Assembly (NCBI GenBank): GCA_013265495.1
Contig: MU058103.1
Coordinates: 436,001 to 500,000, forward strand
Source: Vicugna vicugna
Taxonomy: Eukaryota
Length of the DNA: 64,000 nucleotides
Reading direction: 5' to 3'
The notes under the pieces are model-generated. The model ran no database searches and was not told the DNA's origin. It was given only the letters and a program-made list of their open reading frames with translations. Positions 52,500 to 64,000 of the stretch are shown one piece after another. A program made the position numbers and the translations under genes. Each line of letters starts with the position of its first letter. The stretch's first letter is position 1.

Positions 52500-52720
52500 A
52501 TTGTTGAAGTAGGGAGAGTGGTTAAAGAATCCGATAAACCTGATTCGTCTTGTAACTTTCATCTCCTGCTTTAAGACTTTGAACAGGTTTATTTTCACTC
52601 CCATACTTTACTACCTTCCTATTAAAAAAATAATGACAAGACTTGCCTAATAGATCATCATATGTCTGTAAAAAACTAAGCACCAGTGTTGGAATATAAT
52701 GAATGCTTACTAAATAATCC
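52500..52720 (+). mobile_element. MIR SINE
   Basis: 'gagtggttaaag...gactttgaacaggttt...aagcaccagtgttggaatataatgaatgctt'. Confidence 0.55.
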
Positions 52721-52817
52721 TATTTTTCTTTTTTTTTCCTTTGTATTCTCCTTCTTAATATTCTTAATAAGAAAAATATTACCTCCCTTAGCCTTCTCTT
52801 TTTCCGACACTTTTTAT

Positions 52818-53152
52818 TCTTTTTTTTTTAATTGAAGTATAGTCGGCTTACAATATTGCATCAGTTTCTGGTGTACAGCATAATGTTTCAGTCATACATA
52901 TACATACATATATTCCTTTTCATATTCTATTTCATTATTGGTTACTACAAGATATCGAATATAGTTCTCCATGCTATACAGTAGAAATTTGTTACCTATT
53001 TTATATACAGTAGTTACTATTTGCAAATCTCAAACTCCCAATATAATAACCTTTCCGACCCCTCTCCTCCCCTCCACTCCACCTCGGTAACCGTAAGTTT
53101 GTTTTCTATGTCTGAATCTGTTTCTGTTTTGTAAGTAAGTCCATTTGTGTCT
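52818..53152 (-). mobile_element. Young lineage-specific L1 3'UTR (camelid-like)
   Basis: Poly(T) then 'aattgaagtatagtc...gtttctggtgtacagcataatgtttcagtcatacatatac...caaatctcaaactccc...ggtaaccgtaagtttgttttctatgtctg'. Confidence 0.9.
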
Positions 53153-53851
53153 TTTAAAATTCTTGATGCATGACCTCTCCTTTTGCTCCCTCTTCTATTT
53201 TGTCGATGCCATCTATTTCTGGGCTGCCTAAAACAGCTTTACTGTGACAATTCACATATGCACTGTCCTTCCACATTTGTGTTCCAGAATGTCCTGGTGT
53301 CTGAAAATTATATTTCCTTTGCATTTAACATTTAACAGAGAATACGCCCCCTCCCCACCTTTGATTTTAAGATCAAAGGGATACTCTCATGAAGTGAATG
53401 ATTGATATCACAATATGAAAATTCTTGAACCAGATTTTTGGAAGCTAAGAATGTTCTTGCTGCTCTAATTAGCTGCCAACATGTGACAAATGCCCTATAT
53501 TCTCTATATGTCTATGGAATCGCCACACAATCAATGAAATATGAAGACTTGAGACACATTTTCCAAAGTGTGGCATAGATGATGACATAGACATCTGTGT
53601 TAAGAAAGACTTGGTTATTTCAAGTCATATTCATGGAGAATAGATGCATATATAAGACATAGTTATATCTGAAGTACATGCTGCAGATTTTTTTAATAGT
53701 TTCAGAGTGGTGAATTTCATGATGGTTACTCAGGGGAAACAAGGAAAATGGATTTGGCTGATTAGCCTATTACACTTGAAGACAAAGGCGAAGATGATTG
53801 AGTACATGTCTCAGGATATTCATTCAAGTCTTACTTTAAACTAAATTAGCC

Positions 53852-54376
53852 CACGGTGGTGCTTTTAAAACATGACCACAGTTTCTTTCACACTCCTTCC
53901 ATGGAGAGGTGGGGTCTACGTGCCGCTGCTCCTAGATCTGGGCAGGCTTGTAGTTGCTTTGACCAATAGGATCTAGTAAAACTGCTGCCAAATGACCTCT
54001 GAAGCTAGGTCATATAACACTTGGAAGCTTCTGACTTATTCACAGAACACTTGCTTAGAACTGTGGCCCAGCTTATAAAAAGTTCCATTACCCTGAGTCC
54101 ACTCTGCTGAAAAGACCACTCCTGTTGACAGCCACAACTGAGTTTAGCCTTCCAGCCCGTCCTGCCAAGGCAACAGAAATTTTAGTAAATCTGTCTTGGG
54201 CCTTTCAGATCAGCTCAAATTCCAGCTTAATACTATCAAATGTCTACCATCAGTGTCACAGAGCCATACCACACCAAATTCCTAACCCACAAAATCATGA
54301 GCAAATCAGAATAGTTATTGCTAAAAGTCACTAAGTTTTGGGCTACTTTTTTGCATAGAAAGAGGTAATTGGAACA
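53852..54376 (+). mobile_element. MaLR LTR (MLT1H/G-like)
   Basis: 'ttttaaaacatgaccacagtttctttcacactcc...gagaggtggggtcta...tgctttgaccaatag...aagtcactaagttttggg...taattggaaca'. Confidence 0.85.
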
Positions 54377-54569
54377 CTAACCAATAAGTAATGGACAAGA
54401 AGAATGACTTCTGAGTCTCCTAAGTTTTAGATTTCTTGGTGACTCTAGGAATGAGTAAAGGTAGAATGTCTGAGAGTCTTTCATCAGACTAAAAAGTAAT
54501 GGTGAAAACATTTACAAGAAAGACCATAAGGTGGGGCATGCATGTAAATCTGCTTGTGGGTGACAATAT

Positions 54570-54591
54570 GTGTGTGTGTGTGTATGTGTGT
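54570..54591. repeat. (TG)n microsatellite
   Basis: Visible TG run. Confidence 0.85.
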
Positions 54592-56219
54592 TGACATTTC
54601 TATAATTTGAAAAATGGTAGCCATACTATATTGTAAATTTTTTCCCAAGGTCAATGCAAGTCATTATTATAAGAAGGGTATCTCTGCTTTTTTTTAATAT
54701 GTGCTTTGGAAGAATTAATTGATTACATTAGTCAGTGCCCTCATGTGATACATCTGCTGTGAAGAGAGTGAAGGGTCTTAATATTTTTATAAAGTGTCAT
54801 ACGTCCTTTGATCCAATAATTACTGCTCCTTCCGTTGCATAACATTTTCTTTATGCTGGCTATCTGTTACTCATCTTCTAAAGTCAAACACGAATTGCAC
54901 CTCCTGTGGGAGCCTTCCGGGGTCATCCACAGGGAGTTTTTCTTTCTTCCATGTTCTAATCACAGATTGCTCACAAACTTGCCCTGAATATTCTCATGTT
55001 CTGTTTAGAATCTATTGATTATACTAACTCCTTCTAACATGGCATTAGATCTTTGTAAAAGAAAGACATTTGTGTACATATTTGTACATCTTATAAGCCA
55101 TAAAAACACTGAGGTTTCCTTTTTTCTTGACCTCAAGGATGTTTACAACTTAGTTTTGTGTTAAATATTTGTAGCTATGCTTTCTATAAATGGTTTTAAA
55201 ATTGGGAAATTTGAAAACTATGAATAATATCATAGAATGAAATAAGCAAATAATTAAGCAGATAAGTTTCTATACACTAAGAAATCCATGATTTAGATGA
55301 CTGCTAACATTTGAATGAATAAATTGTGCAATTATGTTTTTAAATGAAAAATACCAACTCTCTATTCAGTTCCTGAATAGCTTAATAGCATGATAAGATG
55401 AAATCATAATCACAAACCATGATTAACTCAAAGTTCAACTGAGTGGGGTTGAAAGTGTAGTTGTTTTCTCTTTCCTTACCCTACACCTGAGCGAAAAAGG
55501 CCAAATGAAGGGAGCCGTTTTTATTTTATGTATTTGAAGAAGAACTGTCCAACATCCTGGATTTGGAATAAAAACATCAAATCCAACAATCATATTGGAT
55601 TTAGTAAACTATAATTGAACATGGTTTTGTCCTATTACCAGAAAAAATTAAATTAATGGGCAAAAATAACAATAAAACATTAAAATGGCATTATGGCCAA
55701 ACAGCTTTTATCTAGTTTTGTGACTTTTTAAATTTATAGATCTTTTAAATATAAACCTATGTGAAATGTAATGGCTAATTAAAAGAGTAAAATAAGTAAA
55801 GCTCATTTCTCATTTCAACCTAAATTTTCTTGTGCTAAAATGATCATATCCCACAATGGAGCATGTCCAGAGCCTTTCTTCCTGTTGCCATTCATCTATG
55901 AAAAGCACATTTATACATTATTTCTATTACTGCATATTCCTAAACAAGATTTGTTTTTTTATATTTCAATATGGTTCCTTATCTGCTCTACTCTTACAGT
56001 TTTTCTGAGCTGTGTGTTCAGTTCTTATATTTTGAAGCAAGTATGTATTGTTGCATACATGATCCCATATTTTTATTCTTTTTTAACCCTAAGTGAACAA
56101 TATAATGCAAGGTGTCTCTGTAAGACTATAACTACTCAGAAGGGCTAACTTTCATGAGCATATATAGTACTAAATGTAATTCGATTTATAATATTAAAAA
56201 TTAACATGTTAGATTACAA

Positions 56220-56525
56220 GCATTTTTTAGGGCAGTGAAAAATTTTGTGTGATACTTTTATGATTCATACATGCCATTATAAATATGTCCTAACCTATAG
56301 GATGTACACCACCAACAGTGAACACTAATGTAAGCTACGGACTTTGGGTGGTTTTGATGTGGCCGTGTAGGTTCATCAGTTGTAACACATATACTGCTCT
56401 GATGGAAGATGTTCATAATGGAGGGGGAGGCTATGAATGTGTTGGGCAGGGGATATTTGGGAAAGTCTCTGGACCTTCTGTTCAATTTGAAAACTGTCCT
56501 TTAAACACTTAAGTCTTTATAAAGC
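56220..56525 (+). mobile_element. L1MC1-like 3' end
   Basis: 'ttttagggcagtgaaa...gtgaacactaatgtaagctacggactttgggtg...gtaggttcatcagttgtaac...ggaggctatg'. Confidence 0.85.
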
Positions 56526-56689
56526 ATGTGGTTAATATAGGGAATACATCTGGAATTTATGTTCCTTCCCCAAACTTCTTTTTATTACAGGTACGTTCTT
56601 GAGCTGACATGGTAAAATACACTGCCCATTTTACTTTGTTTCACTTTTGCCTCTTTCATAAAACTTTTAGTTGTATAAAAAACTTCAGA

Positions 56690-56920
56690 GATGACAGTGT
56701 GGCAGAATAAACACTGGACAGGATAAAGACAAATTCTAGTCTAGACTGTATCATTTACTAGATATGCAGTCTTGATTATATCACAAGACATTTTAGGAGC
56801 TTGGCTTCTTCACATATGAAATGAAGATGATGCGATCCTTATGTATTTTTATAAGATCACCTGTATCTTATAGGAACTAAATTTTAAAAGCATGAAATGG
56901 TACATAAAAACTATGTGGTG
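56690..56920 (+). mobile_element. MIR SINE
   Basis: 'gacagtgtggcagaataaacactggac...catttactagatatgcagtcttg...cttcacatatgaaatg'. Confidence 0.6.
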
Positions 56921-58299
56921 ATGGCGGTGGTACTAGTAGAATTTTTATAGACAGATATTTTCATTTTGACCAGATTAGCTAAATACTGTTAGCAAGAAAC
57001 AAAACCCGAAACAAACAAAATAAAAACACACAAAAAATCACCCTACAATCTCCACTTAATTTAGCTTACCATTCTAAAAAGAAAATCAAACAAATGTTTT
57101 GAAAAGGGCTTACCTTTTATATTCTTCACTAGATAGAAATTAAACTTGTTTAAGATTAAGTGATAGCACAACTTTTAATGAACAGAACATCATTTTAGTG
57201 ATTTACTAATGTAGAAAAGCTATACCCGACCTCCATTAGAGTATGTGTTTAAAAAGAAGAAAAGCAAAATGCTCTGACTTATCTTTAAAAAGAAAATCCT
57301 GTGTGTTGATCAAGTCCCCCACTGCAGAGACAAGAGAGTTGGGTTAGAGACCGACTCTAGCACTTAGCGCCCCTGTGACCTCCCGCAGGAAGCATGATGA
57401 TTGTGTTCTAGATAGTTTGTTAAGTTTTCTTCACAATTTTCTTACACATTAATTCATTCACATTTACGTACCTGAATTATACTTTCTCTTGCTTTTCAAA
57501 CTGAGCGATAAGTTGTAAGGATGGCACCATAGGAGACAGATTGCATGGCGATGGGGTTTATACATGTGGCCATGAACGATTTTAGGAGGAGAATAAAAAG
57601 TCATGACAGAAAAAGAAGACAATGCCAGGTCACCTACATTCCGTCCTCAATCAGCCATTCCTGTGTTGTACCTCAGATGTGTTGGCCCACCTACCTTTTG
57701 CTCTGTGCACCTAACATGGAGACTTTTTGAATACATCCTATGGGATAAAAGGATGCAAATTGTAACTAAAAAAGTTGAATATCATGTCAGATCCTCCTAA
57801 AAAAGCAAGTTTTGCAGGTGCTTGATTGTCTAAAGGCTTTGTATTTACTGGAGAAAAGCTTTCTACAGCTTCCATGTACTGAATGTCTATTATGTGAAAG
57901 GCATTATTCAAGGACCTGGTGCACTACACTGAAATAATATACAGTCTTTCAAGGACTAATTAAAAAATCACATTTGGTTATTAGCTTCTTTAGATTAAAG
58001 ATCACCTCGGACTCATGATTATTAAGATTTTATTTATTTATTTATTTTCATTTGGGCAGCACTAGACTAAATCACATAAATAACCACTTAGAAATACAAG
58101 CACAGTCGATTTCAATAAAACGTGCCTATCCTGAGTGACTAGTAAAGGCGCATTTTCCTGGAATTCTAAAACATTTCTTCTGCTTTTATATTTGACTTAT
58201 ACCTTCACCCTTTCCCCAGACGGCCCCCACATGCCCTGACATGACCAAAAGCCTACCTATTTAGTCACTTTATAATATGCAAGTATCTGCCCTGATGCA

Positions 58300-58410
58300 A
58301 AGAAAAGAACTTTAGATTTGGCTTTAGAAAACCAGGTATTTACCTCAGGCCTGGTTCTTACTACCACCATTACCTTAGACACACTACTTTCTTTGAAACT
58401 GAAATAGGGA
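58300..58410 (+). mobile_element. MIR fragment
   Basis: 'gaactttagatttggctttagaaaaccagg...accttagacac'. Confidence 0.5.
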
Positions 58411-58659
58411 GCTAGGGATGGTAGTCAAAAAGAGACTTGACAAATGTAAGGTAGGAAACTGTTGTGTCAAAAGTTTATAAACCTACTTTCAGTCATACTT
58501 AAAATATGTTAAAATTATGCATACATTACTGTTCTCCCAAACATTCAAATAAAATGTTATACTGTAAACGATTAGCTTTAATTTGTTTAACATTGTGAAA
58601 TAACATTCTATATCTAGCAGTACATACAAATGATTATATTTAACATTGACTCAGCTATT

Positions 58660-58825
58660 TCTATATTATAGGTACTTAGTAACATAGTTACTGCTTCACC
58701 CTTAGAATACAGCTTTGAGGTTTATATTATTATTCTCTACTTGCAGAGGTAAAAACTGAGGTGTCAGCATCTGGTAACCAACCTGCCCCAAAACGCAGAG
58801 CTAGTAACTGGCAGGTAGATTCAAT
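58660..58825 (-). mobile_element. MIR SINE
   Basis: 'attattattctctacttgcagaggtaaaaactgagg...acctgcccca...agctagtaactggcag'. Confidence 0.75.
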
Positions 58826-58976
58826 TGTTTAATGTATTTGTGAATTAGAGAGCACATTAATGTCTCAACTAGGAAAAAAATAAGTTACATCAGTTTTTAT
58901 TAAGAAGTATGCTCTGAAGTTTAAGCAATGGATTTTAAAACTGTGCGTTAGGCTACTTCCTATGTGTAGTCCCTCC

Positions 58977-59151
58977 TGGGACAGGCTACATAATTGGCTG
59001 GGCCCAGTACGAAATGAAAATTTGGAGCCCCTTTTTCAAAAATAGGGAATTTCAAGATGGAGACAACAAAGCATTAAACGAAAAATGGAGACCTTATTAG
59101 CGTGATGCCGAGGGCAACTGCAAAGATCACATACTCAGGAACCCAGCTCTG
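58977..59151 (-). mobile_element. MER45A hAT-Tip100 DNA transposon
   Basis: 'ggctacataatt...ggcccagtacgaaatgaaaat...gaatttcaagatgg...agcattaaac...cagctctg' is full-length antisense MER45A. Confidence 0.85.
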
Positions 59152-60779
59152 GCTGCCCTCTAAAGGGCATGAAATCAAGTTTTTTTAGACCCAGGAATGC
59201 ATGTCTTCTTTGATTAAGAAATGTGATGAAATTTCTCCATGTAGGAGCCATATGCCATTTTCTCTACGGAGCAGTTTGATTATTTACCTCATAGTATGAG
59301 TCAAAAACTCCTTAGCAATAAGGTACAATCAAGCTTCATCTCTGTCATCATCATCATCAGTTCCAACTCCATCATTATAATTCTCCCCATTATTAATCAT
59401 CATCATTATCTGATTATAGTCTATGACCAGGAACTATGCTATAATTAAGAAATCATCATCTAATTTAATCCTAAACAAAATGTCTATGAAGTTCGAAGAC
59501 TAGGACATGCCAAATACCAACAAATACCAAGCATCCTCCAAATAATAGAGTGTGGGTTTCAATCCAGATATGTTGTGTTCCAAAACCCAGTATCATTCCA
59601 GCAAAATATCATCTGCCAGAAGAAAATGTTAGCAAGCAATTTAGGAGACTTTGCGGTTATAATTTATTATCCAAACTTTAATTTGTAAACAGTAGAGGCT
59701 TCATCCTCAGAAATATATTTCTTTTGTTCTCCTTACCTTTTTTTTTTTTCCTCCTAAGGAACAGAACATTTTATCAAAAAGATTTGGGAGCAGACATAAA
59801 GGAGTAGTAGGGCTTAAAATTGTACAATTTCTGCTTCATTATTCTAATTGAGTAGAAAAAAGAATTAAATGTATTTTGGGAAGGAAGACTGAATTATTTG
59901 TTGTCTTTTGTTTATTTGTTTTAGAGTACTGTTTTAGAACTCACCTCGTTATACATTCATGTAGTATTTTAGATAATTTTGTTTAAAACGCATACACACA
60001 GGTATTAGAATTTCTACTTTAAAGATTATTTGCACATGACTTGTCATTTAACAATTATTGAAAATATTCCTAATTTATGTCCTATAAAATATATTTTATT
60101 AGAATGTAAGTGTTAAATTTAAAGTTTATTATCTTTTATTCTTTAAGAAGATGATTTAGTATATTTGATTTTACTAATTTTGGTTGGATCTATTCATGTC
60201 CTTCTTTCTATGTGAGTCAAAAAAGCACTATTGAAATGTAAAAGTATGATTTCAAATTATGTTAGAGAAACATTATATAAAAATATAATTTTAACAGCAC
60301 TCCAATTAAAACTCTATAGAAAAAATATTCTTACTCCCTCATGTCTTCTCTAATTTGCAAAATATATGTGACAAAATTATAGTTATTTCTAACAAGTCAG
60401 TTCAGTACAACACACACACATACACACACAATAAGCAAATAACAAGACTGACTGGATGAAGGAAGTGAAGGATCTAAGAAGTGTAGAAAACTAAGGGATG
60501 CTGGTTGTAAGAATTTAATTTGTTTCAGTGAATGGTTGGGGATGAGCAATACAGAAGCATGAAAGATATGCAGTCAAGCCTTTGTTTTCCTCTGCTGGAC
60601 ACTTCTATAGCACCTAGTTTTTTCTTTCTAAGCTATATCATTCTTAAGATTATCTATTCAGTATCTGTTTTCCCTAAAGAATGAAATATTCATGTATATT
60701 TGGGAAAAATTAACAGTATTTTTGCATTTTTATTTATATATATATATATAAAATATTAAGCATATATGTTCAAATATAT

Positions 60780-62270
60780 ATTTAAAGATGCAAATACTAT
60801 CATTTTTTACTACAAGTAAAACTGTACACTATATATATAAAAATATCTCATCTTTAAAATATTTGCTAATTACTAGTGAGGTTGAGTATTTCTTAATCTT
60901 CTTATTAGGAATATAGAATTCCCCTTTGATAAATTACCTGTTTTTAGTTATTTGACTATTTTCATATTGACTTTTCCTTCCTGATTTGTAGGTACTTCCT
61001 ATATACTACAGATATTACCTTTTTTGGTTACTGAAAATACAGATATCAATTCCCAACAAATAATCCATCTCTTCACTTTATGTATTCCACTACATTTAAT
61101 TCTATTAGATTTACTTTTCATATGTAAGTCTAATCACCTGGTGTTAGTTTGTATGGCCAGAGATAGGGATCTAATTATTTTTTTCACTGATAGAGGCAGA
61201 GACATACAATGGATAAGAGAAAAGGCTGTAGCGAAACCATCAAGTTTGTATCCTGACTCTGCTACCTGTGTGTCACTTTGTGACACAACTTTCTTCAGTT
61301 TCCTCATCAGTAAAATACAAATAATAATAATGCCTGTCTAATAGGACTGTCTATCAAAAAGTATAGTAAATTTATAGTGTTTGGATCATTGCCTGACACA
61401 TTTTGAACAGCATGTAGGTACTGTCATTGTTAATATCATCATCATCATCATCATTAAACAATGGACCACTATTTCCTACAGTTTTTACAAAATAACTCAT
61501 TCTTTCCATGTTAATGCGCTGGTTTTTGATGCCAATCCATTTTGAACAAAATTCCTAAATATATATAGGTCACTTGCTGGATCTGTATTCTGACCTACTG
61601 GTTTATTTCTTTTTTGCTTCAGTGTATCAAGTTATTTAACTTAACTATGGCTCTATATGCCTGAATAGCTGGTAAATGAGAGCCCTCCATTGAGAGCTTA
61701 ACTATTGTCTTAACTATTGTAATATTGGAATACTAGGATTCTCCCATAAAAATTTAAGTAAGTTATTAATTTCCTAAAAAATCTTGTTGGTATTTTATTA
61801 AATTAAATCATTTGAAGTTATCACTTAATTTAAAGAGAATTGAAATCTTTGCAATACTAAGTCTTTCATATTATACTGTGGTATAATACTCAGCATACTT
61901 GCATTTTGTATTGTGTCCTTTATAGTGTTTCCTAAATTTCTCCGTAAAGGACTTGTTAGACTAATTTCTAGATACGTTATAATTTTGTTGTTAAAGTAAA
62001 TGCTATTTTTACTTTCATTTTTATCTTGAATTTACTGATAAAAAGGAACCAGTAGATAATTTTTGAACATAGTTTTATATCTGGCATTTTCTGAAATTGT
62101 ATGATTTCTATTAATTGTCCTATTATAAATCATGTATCTTTTTTTTTTAATTTGAGTCTATATTTTTTTTTGTCTGGGTGCATTAGCCTGGATTCTTTGT
62201 ACAATGTTGAACAACAATGATGATAGTAAACATTTTTTATCTTGTTCTTGATCTCCAAAGAACAAATTCT
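60780..62270 (-). mobile_element. Ancient L1ME ORF2 fragment
   Basis: ORF 62158..62370 ends 'KCLLSSLLFNIVQRIQANAPRQKKI', like L1 RT [26 protein letters not shown]; antisense L1 motifs 'agtgaggttgagtattt', 'atagggatctaatt'. Confidence 0.8.
61192..61455 (+). mobile_element. Near full-length MIR with (CAT)n tail, nested in L1ME
   Basis: 'gtttgtatcctgactctgctacc...ttcagtttcctcatcagtaaaat...ataataatgcct...tgcctgacacat' then catcatcat. Confidence 0.75.
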
Positions 62271-63609
62271 TTAGATTTTTTGGCACATTGTTTACATTAA
62301 CTTTATTTGAAAAAATAACTGATGTTAATATGAAAATAAATTTTAAAACTTTAACAAACCTGTGGCACAAAAGGAATAAATATTTTACACTGAGAGCTTA
62401 CGTTTGAGTATAGTTCTCAAAAATGTAATTTAAGAAAAGATAAAATATTATGTAAAACAAAATGCCATTTTATGAGACTCTCTCAAAACAAGAAAAGTTT
62501 CATTCTACATGTCACTAAGAATAGCCCTGAAGCCTTTGCCTCTCCATCTTGGAATAGTTTAGCTTTATATTAAGTTCTATAATATTTTCATTAAAATATT
62601 TCAGGTAATAAATTCTTTGGCTAAAATATTTGAATCTGGACTAGAAGATCTTTTGATAAGCAAGGCATTTAACTTCTAATCTACATTACTTCATTAAGAT
62701 TATTAAAAATTAAATAAAATAATAAAAGTAAAGACCATGTCACATAGTTTCCATTCCTCTCTTTTCTCTCATTAGCAAAAGCATCTATGACTTCCTTTAC
62801 TTACACAAATGACTATTAAGATGAATGAATATAAAATTATTACATCAACAAAAGAGATGATGTAGGGAAGACTTTATTTTCTTGTGCTTGTTGGTTTTAA
62901 GAACTTTTAAAAATTTTAGCCATAAACTCTGTACCAATAATTTCTGAAAATTGTATGTAACATCTCTACATCTTTTTTTTAAAATTTCCTTCATGAAATT
63001 AAAGGGAAGCCCTAGAAACATCACTGATCTAAAATAGTTCATTGCCCCTCCTTACCTAACCCTTTGTCTTTCCTGACCCTGAAGTAAAATAAAACCTCAA
63101 TACAAAAAGTTTCTCAGTGCCAGGGCAAAGAGACATGCAAAATATTCTTTGCAGAGCTAATAAAATAATGACAATTAGAAATCTGGAAAGTAATTCATAA
63201 GAATCTGTATATGTGATTATGTTGTATATGTTTGTGTGTGCACTTGTGTGTTCTTTTTAATTACTACATTTTTATAAGTGGCACCCACTTCAGGTGGATG
63301 TCCTTTCTAAGGATCTCAGTCATCAAGTGCTTCAATTTCCAGGAAATAGCATTTGACATAATTCAGAGAGAAAGATGTCTGAAACTTACTTACACCTTTT
63401 TCATTCTATCTCCTGTTGTGCTTTGACATGTACTACCAACATTGTTCTGTTGCCTACAATTTGCATCCATGTAAATCATAGTAAGAAGAAAGCATCTTTG
63501 CCCCTGTGCTGTGCAGAGCTGCTGAGGCATCACTTCAGATCAGGCAGAAAGCACAGAATCAGAAGTGAGCCTGCCATGGTGCTCTATTCATTATTTTGTT
63601 AGCAGCATT

Positions 63610-63830
63610 AATGCTAAGCAAAGTGCTTTCATGGCCATAGTCTCTGTTAATGCTCACAGCAGATCCATAGGTAAGCAAGACAGAAACCATAAGCTTCATT
63701 TGACATTGAGAAAGGTGAAGTTCACAAAAGTTACGTGTTCTGTTTGAGGTTACAGACTAGAAAGTAGCTGAGGTGTGATCTACAACCAAATATTCTCTTC
63801 TATTTTAATATCCTTTCCCAAAACCAAGGA
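63610..63830 (-). mobile_element. MIR SINE
   Basis: 'gtgctttcatggcc...ttaatgctcacagc...catttgacattgagaaaggtgaagttcaca...gaggttacagactagaaagtagc'. Confidence 0.7.
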
Positions 63831-64000
63831 AGAAATGTGTATCAATGTTTCACTCCTTTCTTCAGCTTGGCATCGTGGAAGCTTAGAGAACTGTGTTTAA
63901 TAAAGGAACAAATGGTAACACTTCAGAATGACTTTTAAAAATAAATTTAAAGGATAGCTTAAATATTTATTTTAACTCAAATCTTTCCAAAATATCTTAC

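Noticed and set aside
57365..57380. CTCF-like motif AGCGCCCCTGTGACC
   Set aside because: One base short in the core relative to CCASYAGRKGGCRS; poor match
63393..63580. Minus-strand Kozak ATG (gcaccATGG) and GTAAGT donor as a first coding exon
   Set aside because: The Kozak ORF stops after 15 codons, the other frame gives an unrecognisable peptide, and there is no promoter/CpG context
321..63747. The 60-140 aa ORFs in the supplied track as host protein-coding genes
   Set aside because: None resembles a protein I recognise except TE remnants (L1 ORF2, ERVL pol). Many are low-complexity or lie in MIR/L2, and I could build no consistent multi-exon structure.
1..64000. Prokaryotic systems (CRISPR arrays, operons, defence islands)
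   Set aside because: The sequence is clearly mammalian repeat-rich DNA, with no regularly spaced direct repeats or gene-dense ORF structure

Overview
This is AT-rich, CpG-depleted eutherian (mammalian) genomic DNA. I can recognise no protein-coding gene, so it is either intergenic or the interior of a long intron. The listed ORFs are chance ORFs or remnants of L1 ORF2, ERVL pol, L2 or MIR. The window is a layered record of transposable elements: (1) ancient MIR and L2; (2) hAT DNA transposons (MER5, MER20, MER45A, MER102-like); (3) old L1M fragments; (4) MaLR/ERVL LTRs (MLT1D, MLT1G/H, MLT1K-like, MLT2B); (5) a two-LTR HERV16/LTR16-like ERVL provirus at about 27.2-30.55 kb; (6) three ERV1-type solo LTRs; (7) younger cetartiodactyl-type L1 3' ends. 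I saw no BovB/Bov-A, CHR or PRE-1 elements, so a camelid source is plausible (inference). The most unusual object is an ERV1-type solo LTR nested in the ERVL gag (28790-29515, AATA target-site duplication). Its 5' end reads TGTTAGAAAAG, then a nearly complete CCA-ending tRNA-Asp(GTC) copy, then AA, then a second TGTTAGA LTR start. Repeat family names are from recognition of consensus sequences by eye, and most boundaries are approximate.
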